From Octopus bimaculoides (lineage: Eukaryota): a stretch of DNA of 64,000 bases. Both the position numbers and the translations under genes were made by a program. The notes beneath the pieces are model-generated. The model ran no database searches, was not told the DNA's origin, and saw nothing but the letters and a program-made list of their open reading frames with translations. Position 1 is the stretch's first letter. Each line of letters starts with the position of its first letter. Shown piece by piece: positions 12,996 through 26,999 of the stretch. The stretch spans positions 83,143,041 through 83,207,040 of the forward strand of contig NC_068986.1 of the NCBI RefSeq assembly GCF_001194135.2. The letters are read 5' to 3'.

Positions 12996-13996
12996 GTACA
13001 AATCTGCTCTAAATTTTCCATTTACCATTTATGGACATATAACCACAATCATAAATTATTATGTTTTACTTGTTCCAGTCACTGGACTGCAGTCACACTA
13101 GTCCTTGGAGGGTTTTAGTCAAACAATTCAACCTCAGTACTTATTTTTAAAGTCTGGTACTTAGCCTATTCGTCGTAGCAAGAATGGATGACGATAGCTG
13201 TGTGAAAAAGTGCCACAGCCTAGCAGTTGAGGGTACCTGTGGAAGAAATAGACCCAGGAAGACCTGGGATAAGGTGGTGAAGCACGACCTTCGAANNNNN
13301 NNNNNGGTACCTGTGGAAGAAATAGACCCAGGAAGACCTGGGATAAGGTGGTGAAGCACGACCTTCGAACATTAGGCCTCACCGAGGCAATGACTAGTGA
13401 CTGAGACCTGTGGAAACATGCTGTGTGTGAGAAGACCCGGCTAGACAAGTGAGACCATAACCTGTGACCTTTACCAGGGGTGTGGCCAGCCCACTTGTGT
13501 GTACCTTTCTTTCTTTGAACACAAAACTCTGCTTGCGAAGATCTGTTGAGGCAAGTGAAATCGAAATCGAAATTGAACCAAATATGATGACTGGCACTCA
13601 TACCAACCTTCCCTCATTGGACACTAAACTCAGCTTGCAAAGACCTGTTGGGGCAAGTGAGATCAAAACTGAACCAAATTTGATGGCTGGCACCCGTGGA
13701 GCGCTAACAACACCATCCGAGCGGGATCACTGCCAGAGCAGCGGTGGCAAGTAAAAAGCACCATTTGAGCGTGATTGTTTCTAGCTTTGCCTTACTGACA
13801 CTTGTGCCAGAAGCATGTGAACAAAACATTGGACTGACTCCTGTGCAGGTGGCACATAAAAACACTATTTGAGCGTGGTCATTGCTAGTACCGCTGGACT
13901 GGCCCTCATGCCAGTGGCACATAAAAAGCACCCACTACACTTTTGGAGTGGTTGGCATTAGGAAGGGCATCCAGCTGTAGAAACTCTGCCAAATCA
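12996..13996 (+). repeat. About 1-kb duplicate of 26821-27740 (flank + SINE part + RTE 3' fragment)
   Basis: Same non-repeat flank (gtacaaatctgct...ggacatataaccacaatcataaattattatg), same SINE/RTE junction and same diagnostic variants; roughly 90-95% identical by eye. Confidence 0.85.
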
Positions 13997-14530
13997 GAAC
14001 TTAAACAATTTCTAAAGAACTTAAACAATTTCTGTATCATAGGTGTGTAGTCATTACTCATTCTACTATGTACAATCCTCGTGGAAATGCTCAATGTGAA
14101 AGGTATAATGGAGTAATATGGAATTCCTTTAAATTGGCCTTATGTAGCAGAAATTTACCAGTTTCCCTAATGTGTCCGTTAGAGATTTAGCTCCTACTGG
14201 CAAAACGACTGAGGAGTATCAGTCAAGTAAGGATCAAACTGATGTTGCTGACACTGATCCTACTCAAGTGCATGAACACCATGGTGGTTTTTTCAGATAC
14301 CATGACTGAATCTGTCCTACCTACACCAGCTCAAGGACCAGAACCTCAAACTACTTTGTACTGGCGTTCATGTAGAACAAAAAAAGTTCCTGATAGGTTA
14401 GATTTATGATCGATGATGTGTTACGTTTATGAAATGCCTCATTATTATGCTGTTGTGATTGGCTCATGGTTATGTTTGTATTTTGCATTTTGTTGGTTAA
14501 TTGTTCTTTTTTTTGTTTAGTGGGGAAAAA
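13997..14530 (+). mobile_element. Gypsy-type LTR retrotransposon: integrase fragment, pol end and PPT
   Basis: ELKQFLYHRCVVITHSTMYNPRGNAQCERYNGVIWNSFKLALCSRNLPVS (integrase PxGNxQxER motif), NVSVRDLAPTG, RRSCRTKKVPDRLDL*, and purine tract agtggggaaaaa at 14519-14530. Confidence 0.8.
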
Positions 14531-14716
14531 TGTGATTTTAGTTTTGATCACGTTACTTTGATTGTCTTGATTGCTGTTATTTGCCTGCAGTGCAATTGCA
14601 CAGAGTTCTGTTTACGGTACAACGTGTTCAGTGTTAGTTTTTAGTTAGTTGAGACTAGTAACTTGCTGCATAAAACTGTTACTGCATTAAAGTTTAGTTT
14701 TGCTTACAATTTAACA
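14531..14716 (+). mobile_element. Putative 3' LTR (about 186 bp)
   Basis: Starts TGT immediately after the PPT, contains ATTAAA and ends ...ttaACA; the 3' boundary is inferred. Confidence 0.6.
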
Positions 14717-15780
14717 ATCTTTGTTGTATTGTAGATTACTGTATTTTTAGTTGATTAAAACCTTTTAAATTTGGAGATTCCAGTTTGGGTTTATTCTGTG
14801 CTCTGTCAGCAAAAGATCTCTGTTCTTACCTCCATATAAAGGAGGTGGATCTTAATGTTTATATTAAGATAAGAAAATTGCAGCATTAGTAGAACACAAA
14901 CAAGATTCTTCAAAGAAATCAGCATCTCATCTACTCATTCACTGTCATTTTCATCTGGGTAACAACCATTGTAATTTTTATTTACTGGCTTTTAATATAT
15001 ATCAGACATGTTACCCATATCTGAAATATATGTATATAATAATTGACAATTGGGACATTTATGCCATTCTCAAAGATATCTATGGTATAAGTACAATAAA
15101 CAACTTGTAAAAAATGTTGACTTGCTGGGTACTGAACTCACTATAATATGCTTGCTGTACCTACTTGAAATATTGTCCTTTGTAGCAATCTGTTGCATTC
15201 AAATTGGAAAGAAATTCATAAAAAATACTGAATCATACAACAGAATCTAAATCCAAAATGTTCTTAATAATGGGTTAAAATATATCGTAATAGATTAACA
15301 ACATTCAATGTTTATATAGGACAATTTTTCCCAAGTGCAAACATTTAATATATTCGCAGTAGTTTATTGGTAAAATATTCCAAAAAAAAAATAATAGTAT
15401 ATGATACTTTTATTGAGAAATATATCTTTCTAAAAACAAGCAGTAAAATACAATCAATATTTTTCTTCACAATGTGGTAAAGAGCAGACAGGAAAAATAA
15501 TGTATTATAAGCCTATATTCTAAGTTAATATTCCATAGGGGCTTGCTCATCCTTCTAAGGGCAGTAAAATGAGTACTAGTTATATAGGTTCATTAATTCT
15601 ATCACATACTGCTCCAATATGCCAACTGAAGGGGTGTATTAAAATATAAATATCAATATTTCTTGGTAATCAGGTCTAACAGCACAAATACACTTCCACA
15701 TTGAGTGGAAGAAGTCAGTCAGTTTTAAATATTTTATGCTATTCTTTGTCTGAGAAATAAGATAGTGAGTGAGTGAGTGA

Positions 15781-15843
<63 letters not shown>

Positions 15844-17423
15844 ACATTCCTGCACTCTCTCATGGCCATCTTTATCTCCCTTCTCGCTACTCTTACCCAC
15901 CCTCACATAATGTGGGGTAGTCATGTCTCCTTTAAAGTAAAGCACCTGTGCTTGTCCTACTAAACATACCATACTTTACCCAGCCCCCTCTCTCTCAACT
16001 AAATCTTTTTCCTATTTCTTGCAAGATACTTGGCAACCTCACTAGTGCTGGTCTCATAAAAAACAAAAAAAAAAAAGCCAGTACACACTGTAAAGTCGTC
16101 AGTGTAAAGAAGAGCATCCAGCTGTAGAAACCATACCAAAGACAAAATGGAGAGGGGTAACACAGCTCTGCAGCGCATCAGGCCCTGTCAAACTGTCTAG
16201 CGCACCCTAATAAGGAAAATAGGCATTAAATGATGATGACAATGATGATGATGATTAAAACTAAGAGGATGGATTTAAACTAAATCATCATATTCAAATT
16301 TCAAAGCCACAATAAACCAAAATGAACAAGATTACAGATAAATATAGGCGTTGTCATTAATGTAAAAAATTCCAATCTCTACATTGATAAATTTTTAAAT
16401 AGCTTCTCTGTTATATATAATGCAAAAAGAAAAAAAAAGAAAAAGAAAAACAACAGGATGCCAAAATTTGGAGGTTGGTTTTGGTAAATTAATAAGCAGA
16501 GCTGGAACTATAGACTGACTAATATATTATCTTAATGCTACTTGTTCAACTGATAAAAAATATTGATAGAAGTTTTTATTTTTGTTTATTTATTTATTTT
16601 TTTAGTTAATATTATTACATTACTAAACACTATGTTTTTGGATTCACTTATATCATAATTTTAATAGTAACAACTATTCTTTCAGCAATTTCAGTTATAA
16701 TTCATGATATAACCAGTGGTGGTGGTGGTGGTAGTGGTGGGATTGGACCTGTATGATATGAAAATATTTTGAGTGGAAAGTATTGTCCCAGGATAAAATT
16801 TATTCCATTTTATTCATAAGTTTTAAGTTAAATTTACTTTCATCAACTTTACAATTATCCTACAGTAAAGAATAGTAAGATGGAAAGTGTAGGTGTTAAA
16901 GGAAACATGTCAATGTTTTTTTTTTTCATACCATAGAGATAGTGCTAACTACATATGAGGAGAACAGAAGAACAGAGTTCTATGTGGCATATATCCATAA
17001 GTTACTTTTTTTTTCTTTTATCTAAGACTTTTATTTGAAGATCCAGCAGTCTGCTTCAACTTATCGCAGTTTTGATAGTGTTAAATAGCTAAGAGACATA
17101 TCTCTTCTTTGATAAGAGATACAAAGGAGGATTTTAGCGCACCACTCATTACACAATTCCAACTCTACTAATAAGAGTTAGTTGTATCTATTCAGATTTA
17201 TATGTCTATTTTAGAATCACAGTGATAGAGGGTTACAAAATTTTAACCCTACATTTATTAAGCTATGCTGTTTGTTCATCCAGCTACAACACTTGCTGAT
17301 TTAGTACAAGTAATTTGTTCATATACAATATTTCCATTATTTTCTGCAGTGATATTGGTTCTTTGATTTTGTTAAAATATGTATAAATATGATTAGATTA
17401 GCAAAGAGAACTCAAGATCTATA

Positions 17424-17481
<58 letters not shown>

Positions 17482-17939
17482 ATTTACTTTAGTCTAACTA
17501 TACAGTGGATAGACACTATTTGAAAATTATACTTGCAGCAGAATATAATTTGAACAGGAAGTAATTTGTGCTATATAGTGGGATGAAACCTAAACCCACA
17601 TGTTTGTATAACAAACATCAAAATCATTCAATGATACTAGCATCCTATGACATATTTTTTGCTTCTGTCTAGCTAAGAACCACACCACAACTGCCAAAAT
17701 CTAAGGGTTTATTATTATTATTATTATTGTTATTTTTATTCAAGAGGAAGGAGAACATCAGCCATGACCTTTGTAAGATTTCCCAAACAAGTAGGATTGA
17801 TATGATTGGTTACTTGTTAAGGTTATCTCTACACATATTCTATAGAAATTAAGGCCAGCACTGATTTTTGTTACAATGTTTTGTATACAAGACATCAGAT
17901 GTAAACAAACAATGAAATTGAAGATGAAAAATAGGTAAT

Positions 17940-17986
17940 GGGTGTATATGCTATATTTTGGGGTTTTTGCCCCTTCATCAGCACCC
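17940..17986 (-). ncRNA. Type I hammerhead ribozyme motif with G12 to A change (probably inactive), PLE-like context
   Basis: Minus strand: GGGTG-CTGATGA-A-GGGG-CAAAAA-CCCC-AAA-ATAT-AGC-ATAT-A-CACCC. Stems I (5 bp), II (4 bp) and III (4 bp) all pair perfectly. Confidence 0.75.
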
Positions 17987-20329
17987 ATCTAACCTATTAA
18001 TCATCTTCGAACACATTGCTTAAATAGCGATAGACTGATATTTAACTTAAACTTTTATAATGATTGAAAGAAAATATATGGGAGCACCATCCATAAAATA
18101 CAGTAGATGAATGATTGCTGATATAATTAATACAGAGAACAAAACTATTTCAATTAGCTAAAATTACTGCTGTGATAAAGAGAGGAAAACAGGCTCAATG
18201 ACTAACATTAATGAAATTTAGTCAAGGCAAAAGATTAATAATTCCAAAATTTTGATAAATTAAAATTGGAATTATGCATTAAGAAGAAAGTCTTATTTTG
18301 AGGAGTAGTATTACTTTTATCTTTTTCTTTTTTTTTTTTGCAATCACAGTTGCAATTCATTCAAAGATATCTTTGTTGATTTCTTAGCTAAGTTGAATTT
18401 GTTAATGTGAATTGCAAAAAAAGGGTTAAATTTTATATAGTGTAAGTATTTATTGAAAGTCATTGTTAGCAGATGCATTAAAGTATAAATTTACTGGTTG
18501 AGAAGTGTCACATGTAAAGGTTTGTCACATGCAAATTGTGTCAAATGCAAAGGTTTAAATCTCAATGACTAATTCAAGCTAGCTGTAATTACATACTGTG
18601 CAGAGTCATAGCTCACTGCTCTAAGAAAGGAGGCAATTTGCAGCTGCACAGTGCTAGTTTGTATACATACACACCAACTTATACTAAGAGATCTTGTATT
18701 AAGATCTTTTAAGCGGGTATGAAAGTGCAACTGGAAAGATTTCCTTTTTTTTTTTAAAGTTTCTGTTCCAAATGTCACATGTGTTTATCATGCTCTTAGC
18801 AGCAGGGCTCTCGCCAGTTGTCTGGGGTAAGTTAGGAAAAAGTTGGCATCCTGTTACTCACTAAAGAGAGTTGCCATCATTTTTTCTCTCTATGTAGTGC
18901 TTACACACATCTTTTTTTGTGAGATCTTTATGTGGGCTACAAAAGAAATGACAGTGACTACTACTAGCACTTACATATTTAGAACAGCCTCCATAAATTG
19001 TTTTTTGAGTTTTGAAAACAATCAATCATTTTTGATGAAAAATTCACAACTACAGTTTTGATTCCCAGTAATATATATTTGAGTTTATATAATTGAGGAC
19101 ATGAACTTCACAGCTTCTATTTTCTCACTTCTGGTCTAATGAGCAGCTGCAAAATATAAGCAGCTAAGAACAATGAACACATTTTTGATGTTTGATACAT
19201 TATTCCACCTGCATGTGAAACAAAATTATCTTTGTATCATCCCTCACTTATATCCACTTTGAAGCTTTTTTTTTTTTTTTAAATTTATTTTCTCTCATGC
19301 ACTTCATTTCTGCCTTCAGAGGGAAGAAATGATTTTAAATATTTGTTTTAAACATAAATTTTATAATATACTGGAATGTGTATATTATTTTTCTACAAAA
19401 TAATTATTTTTCTATAAAAATGGATCCTACAATGTACCATATTGATTCCAATCCATCATCCAAATGCTAATTTAGAATGTTTTTATCTCAGTGTGGTCCT
19501 TTGTTGATACAATCTTTAAGAGAGCATGATTCATAATAGTCTTTTTTTATATCCTTGCGTTGTTTACTCTTGAACTAACCATATGTCATTCATAAATTAT
19601 TTGTCAACCATCCATTAACTGCAGCAGTATTTCAAGCCCACTCCGACTTCGAAATAAAGTGTGCTGTTTCTTTTCAACTCCAATAGATTTCCTAGTATAA
19701 GTAAGCTGGGATGTCTTTACAATTGAAAAGATTTGATATTTTTTAAAGTTTTATTCAATCTGTAAGGCAACTAGTCCTCTCGAGTATGTCCAATGATTTT
19801 GTTCTACATTTTCTTCAACTTGTGACAACCATCTGTTCACAGCTCTCTCAGAGCTAGCATTGTTCATTGTCAACATATGCCCAAATCCTTGTTGCTGCAT
19901 CTATGCTATTATATCCTCTCATTCTTCTAATATCCAATTTCTTTCTCAGTCTAACTGCCTTCAGGGTTATATGAGTCGCAAATCACATTAAAATTTTCAG
20001 TAAAAGTTTTACTTTCATTACTCAGGTCTTGTTGACATACAACTTTTCATTTATTCATCTATTTGATACAAGGTACCTACAATTTTTTCCAGGCACTATT
20101 GTCACCAGTTACAACTCAATCAGAGTCATCTCCAGAGTCGGTACCCATTAGATATCATAAATAAAAGAATTTATCTGCTATCTTTTTCCTTGTTGTTTAC
20201 TCAAGTCAGCCCTAAATGAGTAGAACTATGATTAAAGATATTACAACCATGGCTGTCCTGCCTTTTTTTTAAAGGATGTAGTGTATCCAGGACTAAGGTG
20301 TATTTTATTTTTCTTTAAGCCTGTAACAT

Positions 20330-22440
20330 ATAATCTGAGGAAGGTTTGACTGGTGTTTCTTCTACCAGGTTTAGCAACCACATAGAACTCTCTTCATTTT
20401 CTTTGTTCTCATCCTTTTCTTTGTTTCATTATCATCAGTTTATATCTGTTTTTCCATGCTGATATAAATTAGACAGGTCTGGTCCCTCACAGTATCTTAT
20501 CTCATATTGCAGTCCCTTGTCCTCTCTTTTGTGAGTTTCAGCATTCTGAGATCAACATTCTTCATGTCTTCTGAAATCTTCCTCTTATGCAAACTTCTTT
20601 CACTTTGGTTGTTCGACTCTTCTTCACCCAGCTGCCATCCTCTGTACACATCCTGTCTGGACTAGTTTAATGACACTATAGCTGGTTCCTCTAATACTTT
20701 TTTCTTTCAGTTTACTGCTTAGCTATCATTTGTGCATGCTGAAGTTACTCATCCAGCAGGGTATGCTTGCTTCAGTTTCTTTCTAGCTTGCTCATATCTT
20801 CTGCATCCAGTGTCCCCATCTTGCTACCATGCAATATTGTGCTTTGCACACATGTACCATAATCTGCCTTTCACTTGAAAAGAGAACCATTTGTTGTCAG
20901 CAGATTTTATAACAGTCTGAACTTTTGGATCTTGTTCAAAATGGGGGCACCAGTTTTCATTAATGTTTTATGTAGTGTTTTTGGTACCGAAAGACTTTCA
21001 AACTTCGTATACTTATCTATTTTGTGTTATAGAACAGAAAAAAATTTTTGTATTTGAATTTATTTCATGTAAAAAATTGTCTTATTTCGATAATTTCAAC
21101 CAATCACTGACAAGTATTCAGCTGTTTATACTTACTCCTTTGGCAGCTTAAACGGTGTAAAGCGTATTTAATCTCCATTACTTCTGACATTTTGCAGAGA
21201 GGCAACACACGTGTGTTCGTTTTCCCTAACCCTAACCCTAATTGACTTGNNNNNNNNNNNNNNNNNNNNNNNNNNNNNNNNNNNNNNNNNNNNNNNNNNN
21301 NNNNNNNAACCAGGCTTTGTGCCTATAATAGAAAGGTTTATTAGCTACTGCCAATATGCTTCAGCCATTTTTTGACAAGGAAATAATAATTTTATCACCG
21401 CCAGAATCGTTTGAGAATCGTTTGTTTACGTAGTCAGCACTTACTCTATTCGGCTGAATGGACGTCAGTCATTGGTTGAAATTACAGAAATACGACAACT
21501 TTAACATGAAATAACTTGCGATGTACGTTTTTTTGTTAAGAAGACTAAGAGAAAAAGATGTTTTATATGACACATTCTACCCGTGTCCCAAGTTTCAAAG
21601 TGTTTCATTAAGAAAATACTGGTGCCCCCGTTTTGAACAAGATCCAAACTTTTCTCACCTAATCCTAACTCTTGCTTCTATGCATTCACAACCTCCACCC
21701 CCTTGCTGATTAGTTACCTAGATAACATAGACAATGAACAACTTCTAACAGGTCTTCAGACCAGATGAATGATTGCATTTCATAAGTGCTCTTGCCATTA
21801 ACTATTTCTGTGTATCTGTTACATATTATATATATATCAGCTTCATAGAGATCCTACTGAACCTTTTCTGCACCTATAATTTACATTGGATACACGATAG
21901 AGACTTTCTGCCTATTCCTTTCAGCATATTGAGTATGTCCACTTTCTAGATATTAGTAGAGTTTTATGTTCTCTCCTATTTTGCTTGGTTGACTTTTAGG
22001 CCTCTCAATTCTAGGCCCTTCTTCCATATTTTTGTTCCAATTCCTTCACTGATTCAGCTATGGGAACTAGGTCATCAGCATATCAGTGCCTGGAGAGCTA
22101 TAGTAAACTGAGTCAATATAAACATCCAACTGTACAATAAATTTTTTACTGAACTTGTTATCTCATGCTGTTGATAACACCCTTGTAATAGCTTGTGTAG
22201 CCCACAAATCATTCATTTACACCCAGTTTTCTTGGTGGCCTCCATGTTACAAAACATAGTACTTTATCAAAAGCCTCTTTCTGGTCAGAAACTGCTAGGT
22301 TTTGAGGTTTGCTCTTAGCTAAGAGCTTCTGTAACCGTCTCACTAAAAAAAGGTTATCATTGACAGTTTCAGATCCTGGCACGAATCCAAATTGAATCTC
22401 ACTCTCCACTACAACATCTTTCATCTGGTTCTATCCACAT
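20330..22440 (-). mobile_element. Decayed RTE LINE interrupted by the MITE at 20927-21645
   Basis: QFGFVPGSETVND..., DQKEAFDKV, YADD (ctatgctgatgaccta read on the minus strand). Removing the MITE and one TSD restores ARVRIR*EKFRLL, which resembles ARIRIAWAKFREL. Confidence 0.7.
20927..21645. mobile_element. MITE with GGATC... TIRs, 8-bp TSD and CCCTAA repeats (copy 1), carrying a nested SINE end
   Basis: ggatcttgttcaaaatgggggcaccagt ... actggtgcccccgttttgaacaagatcc; flanks gaactttt/aaactttt (7/8); (ccctaa)3 at about 21224; inverted relative to copy 2. Confidence 0.85.
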
Positions 22441-22959
22441 GTCTGGATTATTGCAGGTTTTCTTGTACAAGACTTCTTCCACATGTCTTATATGTCAGAA
22501 ATCTCTATCTCTTCCTAACTTTCAACATAAGATTCATTTTGTACTTTTTAAAACTTATATACAGTAAGGAGACCTTCAACTTCCATATTTTTACTTCTCT
22601 AGTTTGTCTAGTGTCTCTAAGATCATCTAGCTCTTATTTGGATACCACTAACCAGTAATTAATATTCATAACAGCTTTCTATCCTGTTTCCCAGATAGTA
22701 TTAAGTCTATCTGATTTTACTTGTGCACATTAAGGTATTATTTTGCAAATTTCTCTTCTAAATAAAAATATGTTGTACATGCAGGATATAGCATATTTTT
22801 TACTCATTATAATGTTTTAACAATAACAGGATTATAAAAATGCTTGAAAATATTTTTATATCTGCTTAATATCTATGTGTGTAAAATGCTTTACTATAAA
22901 CAGTCAATATAAAATATAGAATTCAACTAAAGATTTTAAGTTCTTGAATGTAAATTGTA

Positions 22960-22961
<2 letters not shown>

Positions 22962-23040
<79 letters not shown>

Positions 23041-23189
23041 TGTGTGTGTGTTTGTGTATGTGTGTGTGTTTGTGTATGTGTGTGTATATGTGTGTGTGTA
23101 TGTGTGATTGTGTGTGTTTGTGTGTGTGTCTGTGCATGTGTTTGTGTGTATGTGTGTGTGTTTGTGTATGTGTGTATGTGTGTGTATGC

Positions 23190-23260
<71 letters not shown>
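22962..23260. repeat. Compound (TG)n microsatellite
   Basis: Direct reading. Similar TG/TA/TGTA tracts at about 15783-15840, 17425-17478, 28360-28680, 38400-38600 and 55430-55520. Confidence 0.95.
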
Positions 23261-23262
<2 letters not shown>

Positions 23263-24884
23263 TAGAGAGAGAGAGTGAGGGAGACATTATCATTATAAAC
23301 TCAAACATGTATACATATTATAATTATAAAATTGATTCTTTGTATATAATGATTGTGCTAAAGAAATCACCTAACAATCACATTACCCTATTACAGTTTA
23401 GTACAAAAATACAATTACTCTTTATCTGTAAAAAATAATACCTTCAAAATTTTATCAACCATTTCTGGGTAGTTTAAAACAATATATGAAAATCAAATAA
23501 AATACACAAAGCAATGTGTTCATCTAGTTATAGGAATTTATGAATCTCATAATTCTTAGCTCAAATATAGTGAGGTACAGTGATTGAGGTTAAGATGCTT
23601 ATCTACTGATCAACTTATTAGTATAACATTGCTGCATCTTTAGGCAAGATACACAACTACTTGGCATGTTGTCAACAACTCATACACTTACTTTGGGGGC
23701 TAGTAGCAGTAAGATTATTCCTCAATAAAAATCAACTGCTTCTTACATTTTGAAAATGTCCAAATTTGCATAAATCCTTCCACCCATGCATACATAAATA
23801 AAATGATGATAATATTGCAATAAACAATACAAGCGGTGAGTCATCCAATGGGCAAATGTCAATATCAATAACATAACCCACCATCTAATGATAATCAGAA
23901 ACATATGAACTGACCTGTTTTTACTTATAGTCACAAGAAATTGCAGTTAGTTTCCTGAATCTAGGGTATCATGAATTGTTGCAGCATAAGTACTCTCTTC
24001 AAAAGTTTACAAACAATCTCATTACAATATAATTATTTCTAACATAGGCACATGGCCATAAATTTGGGTAATACTGTTTTATCAAAGGATAAAAGATAAA
24101 GGTGAGCCTAGCAGGATTTAAACTCAAAATGTAAAGGGCTGTGGATCAAAATGTAAAGAAACAATCTGAATGTAATATAATGCCATATGATTTGTGATAT
24201 ATCATAAAAACTTCTTTACCTAATGCCATTTTACTAGTTGTATTATAAACATATGCCCATTAAATTCTTGTCAAGCAGATTAGTGGGTACAGATTAGTAG
24301 CCTGTATGGCATCTTTAAAGATGGTTGGAAAATGCAGTATCTCATACATTTAGTTTATGACCATTACTCGAATATTTATTTTATCAATCTTTAAAATATA
24401 AGAGTCTATCTACAATAATCCTTGTAGAAATGTCAGGCTTCAAATAAACAATCTATTCTAGTACTTTGCAAACAAACCACTATCCTGCTTTCGTAATTTA
24501 AATACAAATATATAGCAGTTATTTGTAACTTGATAATAACCTTTTATGTAGCTGAAGACATTATAATCTCCTGTTACAGTTATATCGTTAGCATGGTATT
24601 AATTTTGATGATATGATAGTGTTCTTTGTTTTTTTAAAATTACTTTAGAATGCAAATACAAAAAAAAAAGTTTATTTTATGAGACAAAGAAAAACAACTA
24701 AAAGAACTATGAACCAGCTGTTATCATTGGCATCAGCATTGTATCGATATCTATGAGCATATAATGCAATAAAAAAGTTTTCTAAACCACAATTAAGACA
24801 ATCTCAACTGAACATAGTATTAAACTTAGGTATTATAACTTTGATTGAACACATTTGTTAATATTTGGTTTAGACTGTAAGTTA

Positions 24885-25095
24885 ATGAGCTGGCAGAATT
24901 GTTAGCATGCTGGACAAAATACTTAGTACATTTCATCCATCTTTACATTCTGAGTTCAAATTCCACTGAGCTTGACTTGCTTTTCATCCTTTCAGGGTTG
25001 ATAAAATAAGTACCAGTTGAGCATTGAGGTCAATATAATTGACTTAACCCCATTCCATTTGAACTTGCTGGCCTTTTACAAAAATTTGAAACCAA
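24885..25095 (+). mobile_element. Second SINE family
   Basis: gagctggcagaattgttagcatg...ctgagttcaaattcc (B-box-like)...gataaaataagtaccagtt. Related pieces at about 5720-5870, 7100-7290, 7370-7520 and 16740-16850. Confidence 0.65.
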
Positions 25096-25643
25096 TATTT
25101 GGATTAATCTAGATTCTCAGCTTCCAACCAGGGTGCTACATTTTGTTCTCAGCATTGGAACTACACTTGAAAGTAGTGCTTCAGTATAGTCACAGATCAA
25201 TGGTTGTAACCAGTAGAAGAGAATAGCAAATCATATACAAGTAGGACATAATTTTCATAACTTAGCACCTTGCTAATATCAACCACTAGGTTAGCTTGAT
25301 GTTTCAGAAGACAGAATATAAGGAAGGGATAAATTATGTTGCACTTAGCACCAGAATCTTACAGTAAAGTTGTCTTACAACCAGCTAGTAGTAGATAACT
25401 TACTCAATAGGACAGGTATGTTCATTATACAAGCTATGGTAGCTTATGTCTTTGAGCATACATATGTAGCAACAGAATTAAATGGAAAAGCCAATGTTAA
25501 TTTAATTTAGAGAATCAAAATTAAAAATAAAATTACAACTCCAGACACATTTCCATCAGATTGGAGTCTGGTGCAGCCATCTGGTTCGCCAGTCCTCAGT
25601 CGAATTGTCCAACCCATGCTAGCATGGAAAGCAAACGTTAAAC

Positions 25644-25686
<43 letters not shown>

Positions 25687-26999
25687 TGGAGTGAGTAATT
25701 ACTAAGGGTGCAATAACTTAAGAAAAGGACCAGGGAAAAGTATTTAGGGACATGCTCTGCATGAAAACCAAATAGTCAGCTTGGTACTAGCATATGAAAT
25801 TTAGTGAAGGGAGAAATTTTGATTAAAATTACACCTGTAATTAGAAGAAAAAAATCATTTGTTTAAGGATCAATATTTTTCAAGAAAAACAAGAAAAGTA
25901 ACTCCAAAATTTCAATTAAAAATAATTAAAAATAGAATGTGGGAAATTCAGTGGGTAAGGAGTTTGGTAATTAAGGTGACAAATACCTAGCATGTTCCAT
26001 TCTAGTGACAATACCTAGCATGTTCATGTTCCACAGCAAAGTATATCCTTTAGCAACACTGCCAGACAAAGATGACTTTATGTAGCAAGCTAAGAAATTT
26101 TAATTCAAATTAAGATATTTCTCTTCGCCATTAAAATTCATCAAAATTCCCTATCCTACTGCATTAAATATGTTATCATTAACTTTTATCATTTGATTTT
26201 TAGGCAGAGCATGTCTCCAGATATTTTTGTTAGGTCTCCTTTTCTTAAAAGAACAAAGTTTAACTATTAAGAAAGAACAAGAAAGACAAAGCATTTTTAG
26301 GTGATGGAGAATGGAGAACTGGCACATTTAGGTTTTCCTCAGTGTAGTTTAAACCAAGAATTGAGACCAAAACTTGTCAAGAGAATACCAGTAATAAAAA
26401 CTGCAAGTGATAAAGAAATATATATGAGGATTAGCAACAATCGCAGTAGCTATGGCAGAAATGGTATCAGTTTTGCAATATTTCTCAATCTACATTATTG
26501 ATACAACCTCCCTGCCACCGAAAAAAAAAAAGAAAAAACTTTAATCACAATAATACTAACTTTATCATGTTAAAAATGATATTTTATTTTAGGCAAGTAT
26601 TAAAACATTTGCCTCATGATGGAAGTAAATTGATCTCATAAGATTTTGGTGAACTTTACACCAAAATGACGATAGACATTATATTTACATCTAGACAGTA
26701 GTTAAAGAAAATGGTTTTGGACAACTTTGCACTAACTTAATGATAAACATTATATATATATTTATGTAGTAACTAAAAAAATGCGGTATAAAACAATATC
26801 AATATTTAAAAGAATTTGAAGTACAAATCTGCTTTAAATTTTCCATCTACCATTTATGGACATATAACCACAATCATAAATTATTATGTTTTACTTGTTC
26901 CAGTCACTGGACTGCAGTCACACTAGTCCTTGGAGGGTTTTAGTCAAACAATTCAACCTTAGTGCTTATTTTTAAAGACTGGTACTTAGCCTATTTGTC

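Noticed and set aside
11871-13118. Long ORFs of 286-385 aa
   Set aside because: They are made of N-gap codons and minisatellite translation.
13236-13368. About 60-bp direct repeat on either side of an 11-N gap
   Set aside because: Overlapping contig ends; the paralogue near 27060 has a single copy.
22904-23438. HT- and CV-rich ORFs (also at 28304-28788, 38310-38800 and 53229-53510)
   Set aside because: Translations of TG, TA and TGTA microsatellites.
26204-26500. Plus-strand acceptor followed by short open frames
   Set aside because: No recognisable protein similarity or donor site.
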